Of a DNA stretch of 32,000 bases, positions 14,817 through 23,551 are shown one piece after another (positions within the stretch are counted from its first letter, which is position 1; every line of letters starts with the position of its first letter). The notes beneath the pieces are model-generated. The model was not told the origin of the DNA. It saw only the letters and a list, made by a program, of their open reading frames with translations, and did not search any database. This DNA is from Cupriavidus necator. Lineage in GTDB: Bacteria; Pseudomonadota; Gammaproteobacteria; Burkholderiales; Burkholderiaceae. The stretch lies in contig NZ_CP066018.1 in the NCBI RefSeq assembly GCF_016127575.1, forward strand, positions 2,070,001 through 2,102,000, given 5' to 3'. A program made the translations under genes and the position numbers.

Positions 14817-16535
14817 TCACCCCGCGGCGTCCGCAACGCTCGGAGCAAGCTCTTGAACGCTGCCGTTCGCGACGCGATATACGCGATCTGACGCCTGGAC
14901 CAGCGCATGGCGATGCGTAATCACAATTATCGTTGGTACCCGTTGCCGGACACGTGCGAAGATTCGCGCCTCGCGTTCTGGGTCGAGCGATGACGTGGGC
15001 TCATCCAGAATAATGACCGCTGGGCGGCGCGCGAGCGCACGGCCCAGCGCGACACGCTGGCGTTCCCCTCCTGATAGGGCCCTGCCTTGAATGCCCAGCG
15101 GGCGATCCAGGATATCGCCGTTTCCTTCCGCGGCGATCTCGTCCAGTTCGAGCAAAGCAATGAGTTCGTGCAGTGCGTGGTCTGACGGCGGGTTGTCACA
15201 GCCGTAGGTAAGATTCGCCCTGAGTGAACCGGTGAGGATCATCGGCGCTTGAGGTGCAACAGCGACTTCGCGTGCGATATCGCTGACGGACAGCTTGCTG
15301 ACGTCCGCGCCAAAAAGGCGAACAGTGCCAGCCGCGGGGCGGGCGAGTCCGAGCATCAAGTGGACCAGGCTCGATTTGCCCGCGCCCGATGGCCCGGTGA
15401 GCGCGACAAGCTCGCCCTGCCTGATAGTGATGTTCACGCCCTGCAAAAGCTGCTTCTCGCCTTGTGTGACAACTGCGTGCTCGATGCGGCAGACTTCGTT
15501 GGCAGTTCGGTCGATGTGCACGCTAGATTCGCTGCGCTCGATTGGCAGCTCCAGAAGCCCGAAACTCTCGCGCAGCGCGAGATGATTGCGACGCAAATCG
15601 GACAGTGATCCCGCGAGGGCAGTGAAAGGCATCGCCAGTGTCACGATGTAGCTAACGATCATGACGAAATCGCCCGCGCGGAATGCCGAACGGGTGACGC
15701 CATAGGCTGTCGTCACCGTGAAGAGCGTGAGCAAAAGGCCGGTGCAGATGGCTTGCGCCGCAAGCAGAAGCGCGAGCCGGGTGTTTCCGCGGGTTACTTT
15801 GCCGATATACACATCAAGCGTGCGGTGCAACGCGGAATCTTCTCTCGCGTACGCGTTGTTGAGTTTGATGTCGAGCATGAATCCGAGTTTTTCAACAAGA
15901 TGGCTCGACAGCATGTCGGCACCGCTGAAAATCTCCTCGTGAGCGCTCTTGCTTTTGTCCGCGAGGAACCATGTTGCGGCAAAGAGAAGCAACATGGATA
16001 TGGCAAATCCTAGAGCGAACGCGCGGTAGGTCAGTTGCCAAAGAACGATGCTGGACAGTATCAACTGGAGAACAGTCGGGACTATTGCCCAGAACACCGC
16101 AAACGTGATTGCACTGAAAGCTGCGCGGCTTCGCGCGATGACTGAGACCAGCTTGCCCGGATCTTCTGCAGTCAGGCGGGGGTAGTCAACTCGGATCAGT
16201 CTGGCAAAGATGGCGTTATGGAATGCGGCATCACACCTTGCGAGAACGGCTGCGGAAAGCATGGCTTTCAGCCAATCGAATGCGCGAGCGGTAGTCCAGG
16301 CGAGTCCGTAGGCGGCTGCCAGAAGCACCGGCGAGCCAGTAGCGCTATGCGTGGCGTCTACAGATAGAGCATTGGTTGCCTCACGCAAGAGGTAGGGGAC
16401 TAACGTCGACAATGCCGCGACCAGCGTTACAAATAAAGTTGCTCCGCAGAAGTGGATTGGCAAGGCTGGATATTCTCTGACCGTGATTCGGTAGGCGAAG
16501 ATCCAATCCTTATACAAATCCATAAGAAACCTCAT
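14817..16535 (-). CDS. ABC exporter, fused transmembrane + ATP-binding domains
   Basis: About six hydrophobic segments in the N-terminal half. Walker A GPSGAGKSS, signature LSGGERQRVALGRAL, Walker B VIILDEPTSSLD. I preferred ATG 16535 because GGAGG lies 8 nt upstream; the track ORF starts at 16544. Confidence 0.9.
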   Translation of the reverse strand: MRFLMDLYKDWIFAYRITVREYPALPIHFCGATLFVTLVAALSTLVPYLLREATNALSVDATHSATGSPVLLAAAYGLAWTTARAFDWLKAMLSAAVLARCDAAFHNAIFARLIRVDYPRLTAEDPGKLVSVIARSRAAFSAITFAVFWAIVPTVLQLILSSIVLWQLTYRAFALGFAISMLLLFAATWFLADKSKSAHEEIFSGADMLSSHLVEKLGFMLDIKLNNAYAREDSALHRTLDVYIGKVTRGNTRLALLLAAQAICTGLLLTLFTVTTAYGVTRSAFRAGDFVMIVSYIVTLAMPFTALAGSLSDLRRNHLALRESFGLLELPIERSESSVHIDRTANEVCRIEHAVVTQGEKQLLQGVNITIRQGELVALTGPSGAGKSSLVHLMLGLARPAAGTVRLFGADVSKLSVSDIAREVAVAPQAPMILTGSLRANLTYGCDNPPSDHALHELIALLELDEIAAEGNGDILDRPLGIQGRALSGGERQRVALGRALARRPAVIILDEPTSSLDPEREARIFARVRQRVPTIIVITHRHALVQASDRVYRVANGSVQELAPSVADAAG

Positions 16536-16630
16536 CGTCATCACCTCCAGGCATCAACGTCATATGCGGCCTCCAGGCTCAGAAATTCGCCCCCTTTTGC
16601 GAATTGACTATCCGGGCATCGGGCGCCCTA

Positions 16631-17659
16631 TCAAGCTGACGTTCGCGCCACGAGTTGTCGTCTGCCAAGCTCTTGTCGCGCAATAGACAGGAATGCTTGC
16701 AGCAGATCGGGCGCTCCTTCTGTGCTATGTACGACGCCTAGTGGGTCGAGCGGTGCGGTGATAGCGATGTCCAGCTCGCACACGCGCCCGCTGGCCACCA
16801 TCCCTGTCGATACACTGCGCGGCAAAAGGGTAACGGCTCCAGGTTGCTGGAGAAATCCTTCGAGCACGGATAAGGACATAGTTGAGAGCGGAAACGAGGT
16901 GGCATTGGGCAGCGCGCCGAGAACGATGCTCTCAAACATCTCTCGCAGTTGGACGCTGGCTGGTGGCAATACCCACCGCGCTCCATCCAGTGCTGCGAGG
17001 GACAAGCCAGCCACCATAGACAGCGGGTGAGACGATGCGGCGACAATGATTGCATCATCCTCAAGCAATGGCTCGAACATCAGTTCCGCAGGTAGTCTTC
17101 GAGGATCCCTGCAGAACAATGCATCCAGTCCACCTCCAATCAGCAGCGGCAATAGGCGCGCACCCGAATCCTCCTCTAAGTCGACGTGCACATCCGGATG
17201 CGTGCCATAGAAGGCAGCCAGGTGTGGCGCGATCAGTGCGTAGGAAGCAGCCGGTATGGATCCAATGCGCAATGCGCTGATAGCGCCCCGTTTGCTGGCC
17301 GCAAGATACTCAGCAGATTGTTGGAGCCTGGCCATGACTTCGCGAGCGCAGGAGATCAATCCACGGCCGCTCTCGGTTGGACGAATTCCGCGCGCATGAC
17401 GCTCGAATAGCCTCATGCCGATAACCCTTTCCAACGCTGCCAGCGCCTGGGTGGCGGCCGACTGGCTCATGCAAACCTCAGAAGCGGCACGCGCAATGCT
17501 CCCGCAATCTTCCACCATCACGAGTAGCTGAAGGTGTCGCAGACGTCCCTGCCTGACAAGGCGCGCATGGATAGTCTTGGCGAGCAGTAAGCTGCGGGTA
17601 CAGGCAATCGCAGGACGCTCTGGTGGTTGTGGAACTAGATCGCTCGCGATTCTTGTCAT
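16631..17659 (-). CDS. LysR-family transcriptional regulator
   Basis: HTH region LRHLQLLVMVEDCGSIARAASEVCMSQSAATQALAALERVIGMRLFER followed by a periplasmic-binding-protein-like effector domain. It has an unusually long (about 40 aa) N-terminal extension if the start is 17659. Confidence 0.85.
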   Translation of the reverse strand: MTRIASDLVPQPPERPAIACTRSLLLAKTIHARLVRQGRLRHLQLLVMVEDCGSIARAASEVCMSQSAATQALAALERVIGMRLFERHARGIRPTESGRGLISCAREVMARLQQSAEYLAASKRGAISALRIGSIPAASYALIAPHLAAFYGTHPDVHVDLEEDSGARLLPLLIGGGLDALFCRDPRRLPAELMFEPLLEDDAIIVAASSHPLSMVAGLSLAALDGARWVLPPASVQLREMFESIVLGALPNATSFPLSTMSLSVLEGFLQQPGAVTLLPRSVSTGMVASGRVCELDIAITAPLDPLGVVHSTEGAPDLLQAFLSIARQELGRRQLVARTSA

Positions 17660-18188
17660 TTGACAGCCGCAGATTTGGTGGTCTTCCTACCTAGGAAATT
17701 TCCTGATCACCTTAACGTAGATTCGAGAGAGGCCCGGAGTCCACCGTGCTGCTGCAAAAGCGTCTGCGGATAGCGTCTCTCATTTTCCGATTACGTATCG
17801 GCGATGGATACTGTCTCGGCCATAGCCTTTCCTTTCGCCCACGGCCTAGGAAATTGAGTTTAGGTCTGGCGGATGGTTCCTACCTTGCGTAGTTTCATGA
17901 ACTTTGATTTGAATCAGAGTAATGAAAGGCTAGTAGGGCTGGCTAGTAGTGCTGGGGAGACTAATCGCTCTCTTCCCCGCTGATGCGTATCTGGATAGAT
18001 GGATTATTCCTAACATATCGACCCCTACCACGCTGGACATGTCCTCACAGCCGCAAGCGAAGATATTGAAGAATCCGATAGCCGCAATAGAAATTCATCT
18101 TCAATAGGTCGCACCGGACTAATAATCTTGATTCGAATCGGCTTGCATGGTGCGTTGCCGATTCAAGTTGAGGACAAAGGAGATGAAG

Positions 18189-18380
18189 ATGAATTCATTG
18201 CACAAGCACGAGGCCACTCAACCTTCAGCACGTCCGGTGATCTTGTTCGAGATTTACAAGGATCTGGTGGTTGCCGACTCACGTACTTCGATCCACTCGC
18301 CACTCGAGACACCAAAGCCGAAACCGGAGCTGCCGAAGAATCGGTTTCCCGGAGACAGTTCAACGCTAGCCTATATGTGA
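18189..18380 (+). CDS. 63-aa ORF immediately upstream of the AsnB-like gene; possible precursor peptide or small accessory protein
   Basis: MNSLHKHEATQPSARPVILFEIYKDLVVADSRTSIHSPLETPKPKPELPKNRFPGDSSTLAYM. AAGGAG (18177-18182) lies 6 nt before ATG 18189. The stop is 39 nt before the next gene. I recognised no homology. Confidence 0.4.
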   Translation: MNSLHKHEATQPSARPVILFEIYKDLVVADSRTSIHSPLETPKPKPELPKNRFPGDSSTLAYM

Positions 18381-18419
18381 TCAACCATTGCGGGGCCGCT
18401 TCCGCCCGGAGAAATTTCT

Positions 18420-20006
18420 ATGCTGAAGGCAACTATCAACATCGATGATCTGGTGCGGACGCCCCGTATTCATAGCGGGGGCATTCAGGTGGAGGGAAGC
18501 GACATTACTCCATTTCCCAACCCATGCCTCCGTACTGTATTTGTACAAGGGAAGGATCGTTGGATCTACGCCGTGCTCGAACGCGGTGCGCAGAAGTTGG
18601 ACGATCGTCTTCCGACTGTGCATGATGCCCGGTCATTTGAAGACTATGCCAGCATCCATCGGACAATTCTGAGTTGGCCTCTTGATTATGTGTTGATTGA
18701 AGCCGTTTCCAATGGGGAAAATGCACAGCTTCGCATCACGTCTGGGAGGCTTGGAGTCGCTCCCCTCTATGCGACTGTGGGAGTGGGGCGCGTGTTGCTG
18801 TCCTGGGACTGCGCTGACTTGATCTCTCGGGGGAGTCATTCTGCCGATTTTGAGGTGCTGGCCCATGCTCTAGGCCTGCGCACCTTCTACGCCAGTCGCC
18901 AAGTTTGTACAGGAATAGCGCTGCTGACCGAGCGCTCGTCACTCAGTCTTGACGCAAACAGCGCGTCATTCGCTTACCCGTCCGCGGCGCCAGCGCTATC
19001 GCCGCACGCTTTGCGGGATGGAGTGGATGCGCTGGGTACTTTCGAATCATACTTGGAGGGCGCCATCGGTGCTCGTCCTCTCGATGCGAGTGCATGTATA
19101 GCGGAACTAAGCGGAGGCATGGATTCTGCATCGGTAGCGATTGCCGCAGCGCGCGTTCTCGGCGGTCTGAAGCAATCGGCTGGCATCGTGCTTGCTGGAA
19201 CGGACCATACCATTCAGAACACCAGGCGGAGGCTGATCGCGCGGGAAATCGGCCTTCGCGACGCGTCCTTTGACATGTCGACGCATATGCCTAGTTTGGA
19301 TCTGGATCCTTCCGCGAGAGAACCTGAGCATCCCCTTGGCGAATTTTATCTCGAGGCATTCGATGAGATATGGCGTCACGCGGCAACGCTTGGGTGCCAT
19401 ACACTTCTGACGGGAATCGGCGGCGACGAACTGTTTCCTCGCTATCAGACCGACAAGGCAGCCGGCGACTGGAAAAGACCTGCGCGGTTGATCGCGGCAG
19501 AACGTATTGCCCGATCAATTCTGAGCCGTCGTGCCCAAGTAGCCTTGGATACCGAGCCGTTGTATTGCGCGCCCGCCAGTGTTGTTCCCCATACTGGGCT
19601 GCTGGCTCATGCCTCGCGCTCGCCGTACATGCTGCGACGCGGACTTTGGCCGGTGAATCCACTGTGCGATCCGGCGCTGATTGGATTCTGTCATCGGTTA
19701 CCGGGGGAATTTCGCCTTGACCGGCAACTACTCCGCCAGTATCTCCGTACTCGTCTGGAGCATGATCTATTTCCAATCGGGTACAAAAAGGAGACATTCG
19801 ACTACGTGCTTCCGGAGGTCATCGGGTGCCATTACGCTCGATTGAGTGCGCAACTCCGCGAAAGTGCACTGGCTGACTTTGGGTTGGTTGATATGACCGC
19901 GGTGAGGAAGGTGCTAAGTGGCGTAGCCGATACACGCGACGTTACCGCGACGGCGCCACTCGCAATTTTTCTTTTTCTTGAGCGCTTCATGAGACAGATC
20001 GCATAG
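18420..20006 (+). CDS. Asparagine-synthetase-B-family (PP-loop) enzyme lacking the N-terminal catalytic Cys; lasso-cyclase-like architecture
   Basis: PP-loop IAELSGGMDSASVA, LLTGIGGDELFPRY, and a GATase-II remnant SGRLGVAPLYATVG...LLSWD. The N-terminus is MLKATI (no Cys2). GGAGA lies 7 nt before the ATG. Confidence 0.8.
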   Translation: MLKATINIDDLVRTPRIHSGGIQVEGSDITPFPNPCLRTVFVQGKDRWIYAVLERGAQKLDDRLPTVHDARSFEDYASIHRTILSWPLDYVLIEAVSNGENAQLRITSGRLGVAPLYATVGVGRVLLSWDCADLISRGSHSADFEVLAHALGLRTFYASRQVCTGIALLTERSSLSLDANSASFAYPSAAPALSPHALRDGVDALGTFESYLEGAIGARPLDASACIAELSGGMDSASVAIAAARVLGGLKQSAGIVLAGTDHTIQNTRRRLIAREIGLRDASFDMSTHMPSLDLDPSAREPEHPLGEFYLEAFDEIWRHAATLGCHTLLTGIGGDELFPRYQTDKAAGDWKRPARLIAAERIARSILSRRAQVALDTEPLYCAPASVVPHTGLLAHASRSPYMLRRGLWPVNPLCDPALIGFCHRLPGEFRLDRQLLRQYLRTRLEHDLFPIGYKKETFDYVLPEVIGCHYARLSAQLRESALADFGLVDMTAVRKVLSGVADTRDVTATAPLAIFLFLERFMRQIA

Positions 20007-20009
20007 CTT

Positions 20010-20984
20010 ATGACTGAAGCCGCTCCCTCCAACGACGTCGCGCTCGTGCGACAGGCCATCGTAGCCGCCTATGGCATAGACGTGGTCGATGTCCGTGAAG
20101 TCGTACGCGGAGTGAACCGAACTTTCTACCTAAGCGAGTCTGGGGATCGGACGTACTATCTGCGCCTGTACAGAATCCATGGACGGGGCGACGTAGAGAT
20201 TGACGCCGAGTTGCGTCTGCTTGAGCGGATCGAGCAGGATGAGGTGCTGGCCATATCGGTCGCACGCCCAACGCTAGAAGGAGCACGCAGCTTTCGCGTT
20301 GCCTTGTCGGATGGTGCGATGCGTCGGGCAGCGTTGTTCAGCGGGGCTGCGGGCCGCCCCTTGGGAATGACGGGGGATGATCTTGGCGTGGCAGCGCAAG
20401 CGCTGAAACGCCTTCATGGCCAGCCGCCGTTAAAGGAGTGCGCACCACGCAGGCAGATCGCCGATCTTTGTGAAGCCGATCGGACGCTGACCCGTCTGGC
20501 AGAAAGATTCACCTTCGCTGGCCATGCTGTCGCCGCGGCTCGGAAACGTTGTGAGCGCCTGGTGGCCGCGGGCTGGCCGCCTGCTGAGATGCCGATCGGC
20601 TTTTGCCATGGCGACTATCGTGTGGCAAACATGCGGATCGATGGCCCCCGGATCACGTTGTTCGACTTCGACGATTGCGGATGCGGGCCGCAATGGTTCG
20701 ATCTGGCCACCATTGGATGGTGGCTTGAGATTGACGGCAGATACGATGCGGCCTTTTTGTGGCGCGCGTTCGTCAGTGCCTACATGCCGGCATTGCATGG
20801 ATCTCCGGCCTTCCGCCATGCAATCTCGCTTCTGATCCTACTTAACGAGATTAACTCGATTCGCTTCTTGCTCGATTACTGTGCACTGGACGACGATCTG
20901 TGGCGCGACGTGTGCAAGCGCCTGGATGATATGAGCTACCGGGTGGTATCGGGGCAGCTCGCGATTAACCGTTGGCCTGCGTGA
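20010..20984 (+). CDS. APH-fold phosphotransferase (aminoglycoside/homoserine-kinase-II/SrkA-like kinase family)
   Basis: Catalytic loop FCHGDYRVANMRI and metal-binding ITLFDFDDCG. The N-lobe reads TYYLRLYR...EIDAELRLLERI. The ATG lies 3 nt after the preceding stop. Confidence 0.8.
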   Translation: MTEAAPSNDVALVRQAIVAAYGIDVVDVREVVRGVNRTFYLSESGDRTYYLRLYRIHGRGDVEIDAELRLLERIEQDEVLAISVARPTLEGARSFRVALSDGAMRRAALFSGAAGRPLGMTGDDLGVAAQALKRLHGQPPLKECAPRRQIADLCEADRTLTRLAERFTFAGHAVAAARKRCERLVAAGWPPAEMPIGFCHGDYRVANMRIDGPRITLFDFDDCGCGPQWFDLATIGWWLEIDGRYDAAFLWRAFVSAYMPALHGSPAFRHAISLLILLNEINSIRFLLDYCALDDDLWRDVCKRLDDMSYRVVSGQLAINRWPA

Positions 20985-21034
20985 GCATGCTGTAATGCCT
21001 GTCGATGGGGACTCACGTGAATCTGGATGGTGAA

Positions 21035-21553
21035 ATGAAAGTGCGCGCTGCGAAGCAGGGCGATCTGGGGTGGTTGCTGGTCCTGCATTCGGGCGGCGCG
21101 TTCAATCGCTGGATAATGCGTGGACCCGAAGATCTGCAATCCCTAGCGGACGAATTCTCCTTCAAGCTAGCAGCGCAGCGTAAGCGCCAGGGCGTATTCG
21201 TCGTGGTGGACGTCAATGGCATAGGTCGGGGGTACGGTGTGCTGCTTTTGTCTCTCACAGGGGATAGCGCTCATGTGGAATTCGGCGTGGACCCTCGCTA
21301 TCAGCGCAAGGGCATTGGTGGCGCGCTACTCGACGAGATCTTGCGTGCTGGTTGCCGTATCGGGCCAAAGCTCAAACGCGTCAAGGCAGTATGTCATCAA
21401 GATAACGAGGGCTGCATCCGGTTGCTAAGGTCACGAGGCTTCATGTCGTCAGCGGCGCCTGACATAGCAGCGCTTCCATACCTGTCGTGGCACCTGATCG
21501 TTGATGCTGGGGAGATTCCTGCTTGCTCACCCCGCTTCATAAATGGAGCCTGA
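21035..21553 (+). CDS. GNAT-family N-acetyltransferase
   Basis: Acetyl-CoA motif VDPRYQRKGIGGALLDEILRAG. The start is uncertain: ATG 21035 (MKVRAAKQGD) or ATG 21005. Confidence 0.8.
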   Translation: MKVRAAKQGDLGWLLVLHSGGAFNRWIMRGPEDLQSLADEFSFKLAAQRKRQGVFVVVDVNGIGRGYGVLLLSLTGDSAHVEFGVDPRYQRKGIGGALLDEILRAGCRIGPKLKRVKAVCHQDNEGCIRLLRSRGFMSSAAPDIAALPYLSWHLIVDAGEIPACSPRFINGA

Positions 21554-21603
21554 GAGAGGCTCGCTACCGCAACCCAGGGGCGACGCCAATCTTTCCCAGT
21601 CGC

Positions 21604-22446
21604 CTAGCCCATGGGCTGGCGAAAGTATCTCCCCCCCAGATAGGCCAAATACAGCTGATGCTCTGGTCGACTAGCCGAACAAAGCTCTCCAAAGATCGCT
21701 TGGTAACTGATGGCTTTGAACTTCAGTTCATCGCCAACCAGTTCATGGAACCTCCGGATCTCGTCCCGATGACGTTCCCCGTGTGGTCCTGGCCAATCGA
21801 AGTACACATACCGGAGTACCCAACGGCTTTCGTACTGACGGGCCAGCGCAAGGGCATGCTTGAGTAGCTGTGGCGCGCCAATGTGCCGGAAGGCCTCCCT
21901 GCCCGCTTGCAGGGCTTCCGCTAGCGCCTGTGCCCTCGGCAACCCGACCTCTTCCCAGCGGCTGCGCCCCCGCGCAAGGTATGGCGGCCTGAACGCCTCG
22001 CCAGCCTGCGTTGCCTTGCCGCGCAGCCACTCCGTGAACTTGCTCTCCAAACCGGCCATGATGCCGTTCGCAAGTGGCAGGCACACATCCAGATTGGCGT
22101 GACTGTCGACTCCCGTGGACAGTTTGGATTCGAATAGCGCTGCGGTGGGGCAGGAGGGCAGCGCCAGCGCATTCATCAATGGCGTGGCATCGGCGCAATC
22201 GGTCCAGAAATCGAAGATGTTCGCGGCCAGCGCAGAGGACGAATGCAGGGCTCGCATCTTTGCTGGCTTGTCCCCACGCTCCACCAGTTCGCTACCGTCG
22301 CCGTTTGCAAATGCCGCAAGTGTTGCTGGCGAGAGTGGCCGCATCAGATTCAGGTCCAGATTGGGGACATAACCGCGTGCGTCAAAGGCGATGCCCCGGT
22401 TCGCTGCCCACTCCTGCTGTTCCCTGCAAATGGCTGCTACAGACAT
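21604..22446 (-). CDS. PD-(D/E)XK-superfamily nuclease-like protein
   Basis: ALHSSSALAANIFDFW followed by NLDVCL...AGLESKFTE (D...ExK arrangement). ATG 22446 is preceded by GGAGG at 6 nt; the track ORF extends to 22599. Confidence 0.55.
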   Translation of the reverse strand: MSVAAICREQQEWAANRGIAFDARGYVPNLDLNLMRPLSPATLAAFANGDGSELVERGDKPAKMRALHSSSALAANIFDFWTDCADATPLMNALALPSCPTAALFESKLSTGVDSHANLDVCLPLANGIMAGLESKFTEWLRGKATQAGEAFRPPYLARGRSRWEEVGLPRAQALAEALQAGREAFRHIGAPQLLKHALALARQYESRWVLRYVYFDWPGPHGERHRDEIRRFHELVGDELKFKAISYQAIFGELCSASRPEHQLYLAYLGGRYFRQPMG

Positions 22447-22689
22447 GAATGACCTCCGTCGAGCGCGTTCCCCCAGCCGACCGGTGGTGTTGCGAGGGGT
22501 CGTGGTTACGGTTGCCGATTGTTTGTCAGTCGGGGTAGGGAGGGAATCCGCCATATGGCGGAACGAGGATTGAGCCAGGCCTGATGACCTGGCTGACACC
22601 CGCTCAATCTATGCCGTAGTCGTAAGGTCATCAAGGCTCAGCAGGCGTTCGCCAACGCACAGACATATGCATGAGCCCAGGAAAGGATT

Positions 22690-23340
22690 GTGCAGCCGAA
22701 CCACCTGCGAGCTCCGATGTTCGACCTGATTGATGCGCTGCTTTTCGATGACGATTTTGTCCAGTTGTGGGAGCCTCAGTATGACGCGATCGCGCACGAT
22801 GAAGCGGAATACCAGTCCCTCGTCCAAGCAGTACGCAAGGACGTCGATTCCATTGGTGCCATAAGGGAAGCGACCCTCAGGCGAATACTTGAATGGAAAT
22901 CCGCCCGCACCAAGGGTCATGTGCACTGGTGGAACTACGGTCTCTACATCGAGACTGTGAGGGACTGTCTCTCCATGCACGGGGATGATCGACTGGACGC
23001 CATCTGCAAACTACCGGGTGTTCGAGAGCGCGTTGGATCGACAATTCTGCATTTCATCTATCCGGACACCTACCCGATTTTCGACATTCGAACCCTGGAA
23101 GCGCTCCGCTATCTTGGCGCCGACCTCGGGAAATCCTTCAGTGTGAACAACTACTATCGATTTCGCGAGTACCTCATCTCGACCCAAGTGGTGCTGAACA
23201 GGTGGACTCTCCGCGAATTGGACCGCGCAATCTTCGCCTTTCATAAGCGCAGCCCGGAGATATTCGGCGCCACACTGGGCAATGGCCGCCGTGCCCAATC
23301 GACGACGCATCCTTACTACTGTCCGAGATCGGGAGCCTAG
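22690..23340 (+). CDS. Hypothetical protein, HhH/OGG-fold-like
   Basis: ILEWKSARTKG...ICKLPGVRERVGSTILHFIYPDTYPIFDIRTLEALRYLG resembles the helix-hairpin-helix segment of proteins annotated as OGG-fold. GTG start after AGGAAAGGA; alternative ATG at 22717. Confidence 0.45.
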   Translation: MQPNHLRAPMFDLIDALLFDDDFVQLWEPQYDAIAHDEAEYQSLVQAVRKDVDSIGAIREATLRRILEWKSARTKGHVHWWNYGLYIETVRDCLSMHGDDRLDAICKLPGVRERVGSTILHFIYPDTYPIFDIRTLEALRYLGADLGKSFSVNNYYRFREYLISTQVVLNRWTLRELDRAIFAFHKRSPEIFGATLGNGRRAQSTTHPYYCPRSGA

Positions 23341-23379
23341 CGCCTCCACCTCGCCCAGCCGTTTGGCGTCCTGCGGAGA

Positions 23380-23430
23380 AAGGGGACAGATCTATTTCAA
23401 GGTCTAGGTCAGAAATAGATCTGTCCCCTT
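23380..23430. repeat. AGATCT-centred palindromic element, copy 4 (perfect 19-bp arms)
   Basis: aaggggacagatctatttc-N13-gaaatagatctgtcccctt, identical to copy 3 including the loop. Confidence 0.9.
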
Positions 23431-23551
23431 CGCCCGTCCTTAGCCCCAATGGCTGCTGCGTGATCTGCCGTCGGGCCAGGCGAGCCAAACGGATGAGGAG
23501 GGCGGGGGTGGGTATGGGGTCGGAAGGGCGACGGATTGCCGACGCGGGCGG

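Noticed and set aside
18189-20006. Calling this locus a canonical lasso-peptide cluster
   Set aside because: There is no B-type transglutaminase-like protease or PqqD-like RRE in the window. The 63-aa ORF has no Thr(-2)/Gly(+1)/acidic(+7..9) arrangement with a tail of normal length. I keep only the weaker 'lasso-cyclase-like architecture' statement.
22609-22980. 123-aa minus-strand ORF overlapping the start of the OGG-fold-like gene
   Set aside because: It overlaps a plus-strand ORF that has an RBS and a recognisable motif. It has no RBS or motif of its own.
7011-23430. Palindromic elements as a CRISPR array or integron attC sites
   Set aside because: The copies are 3-10 kb apart, not regularly spaced with short spacers. 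There are no cas or intI genes, and I found no GTTRRRY-type core sites at the element ends.
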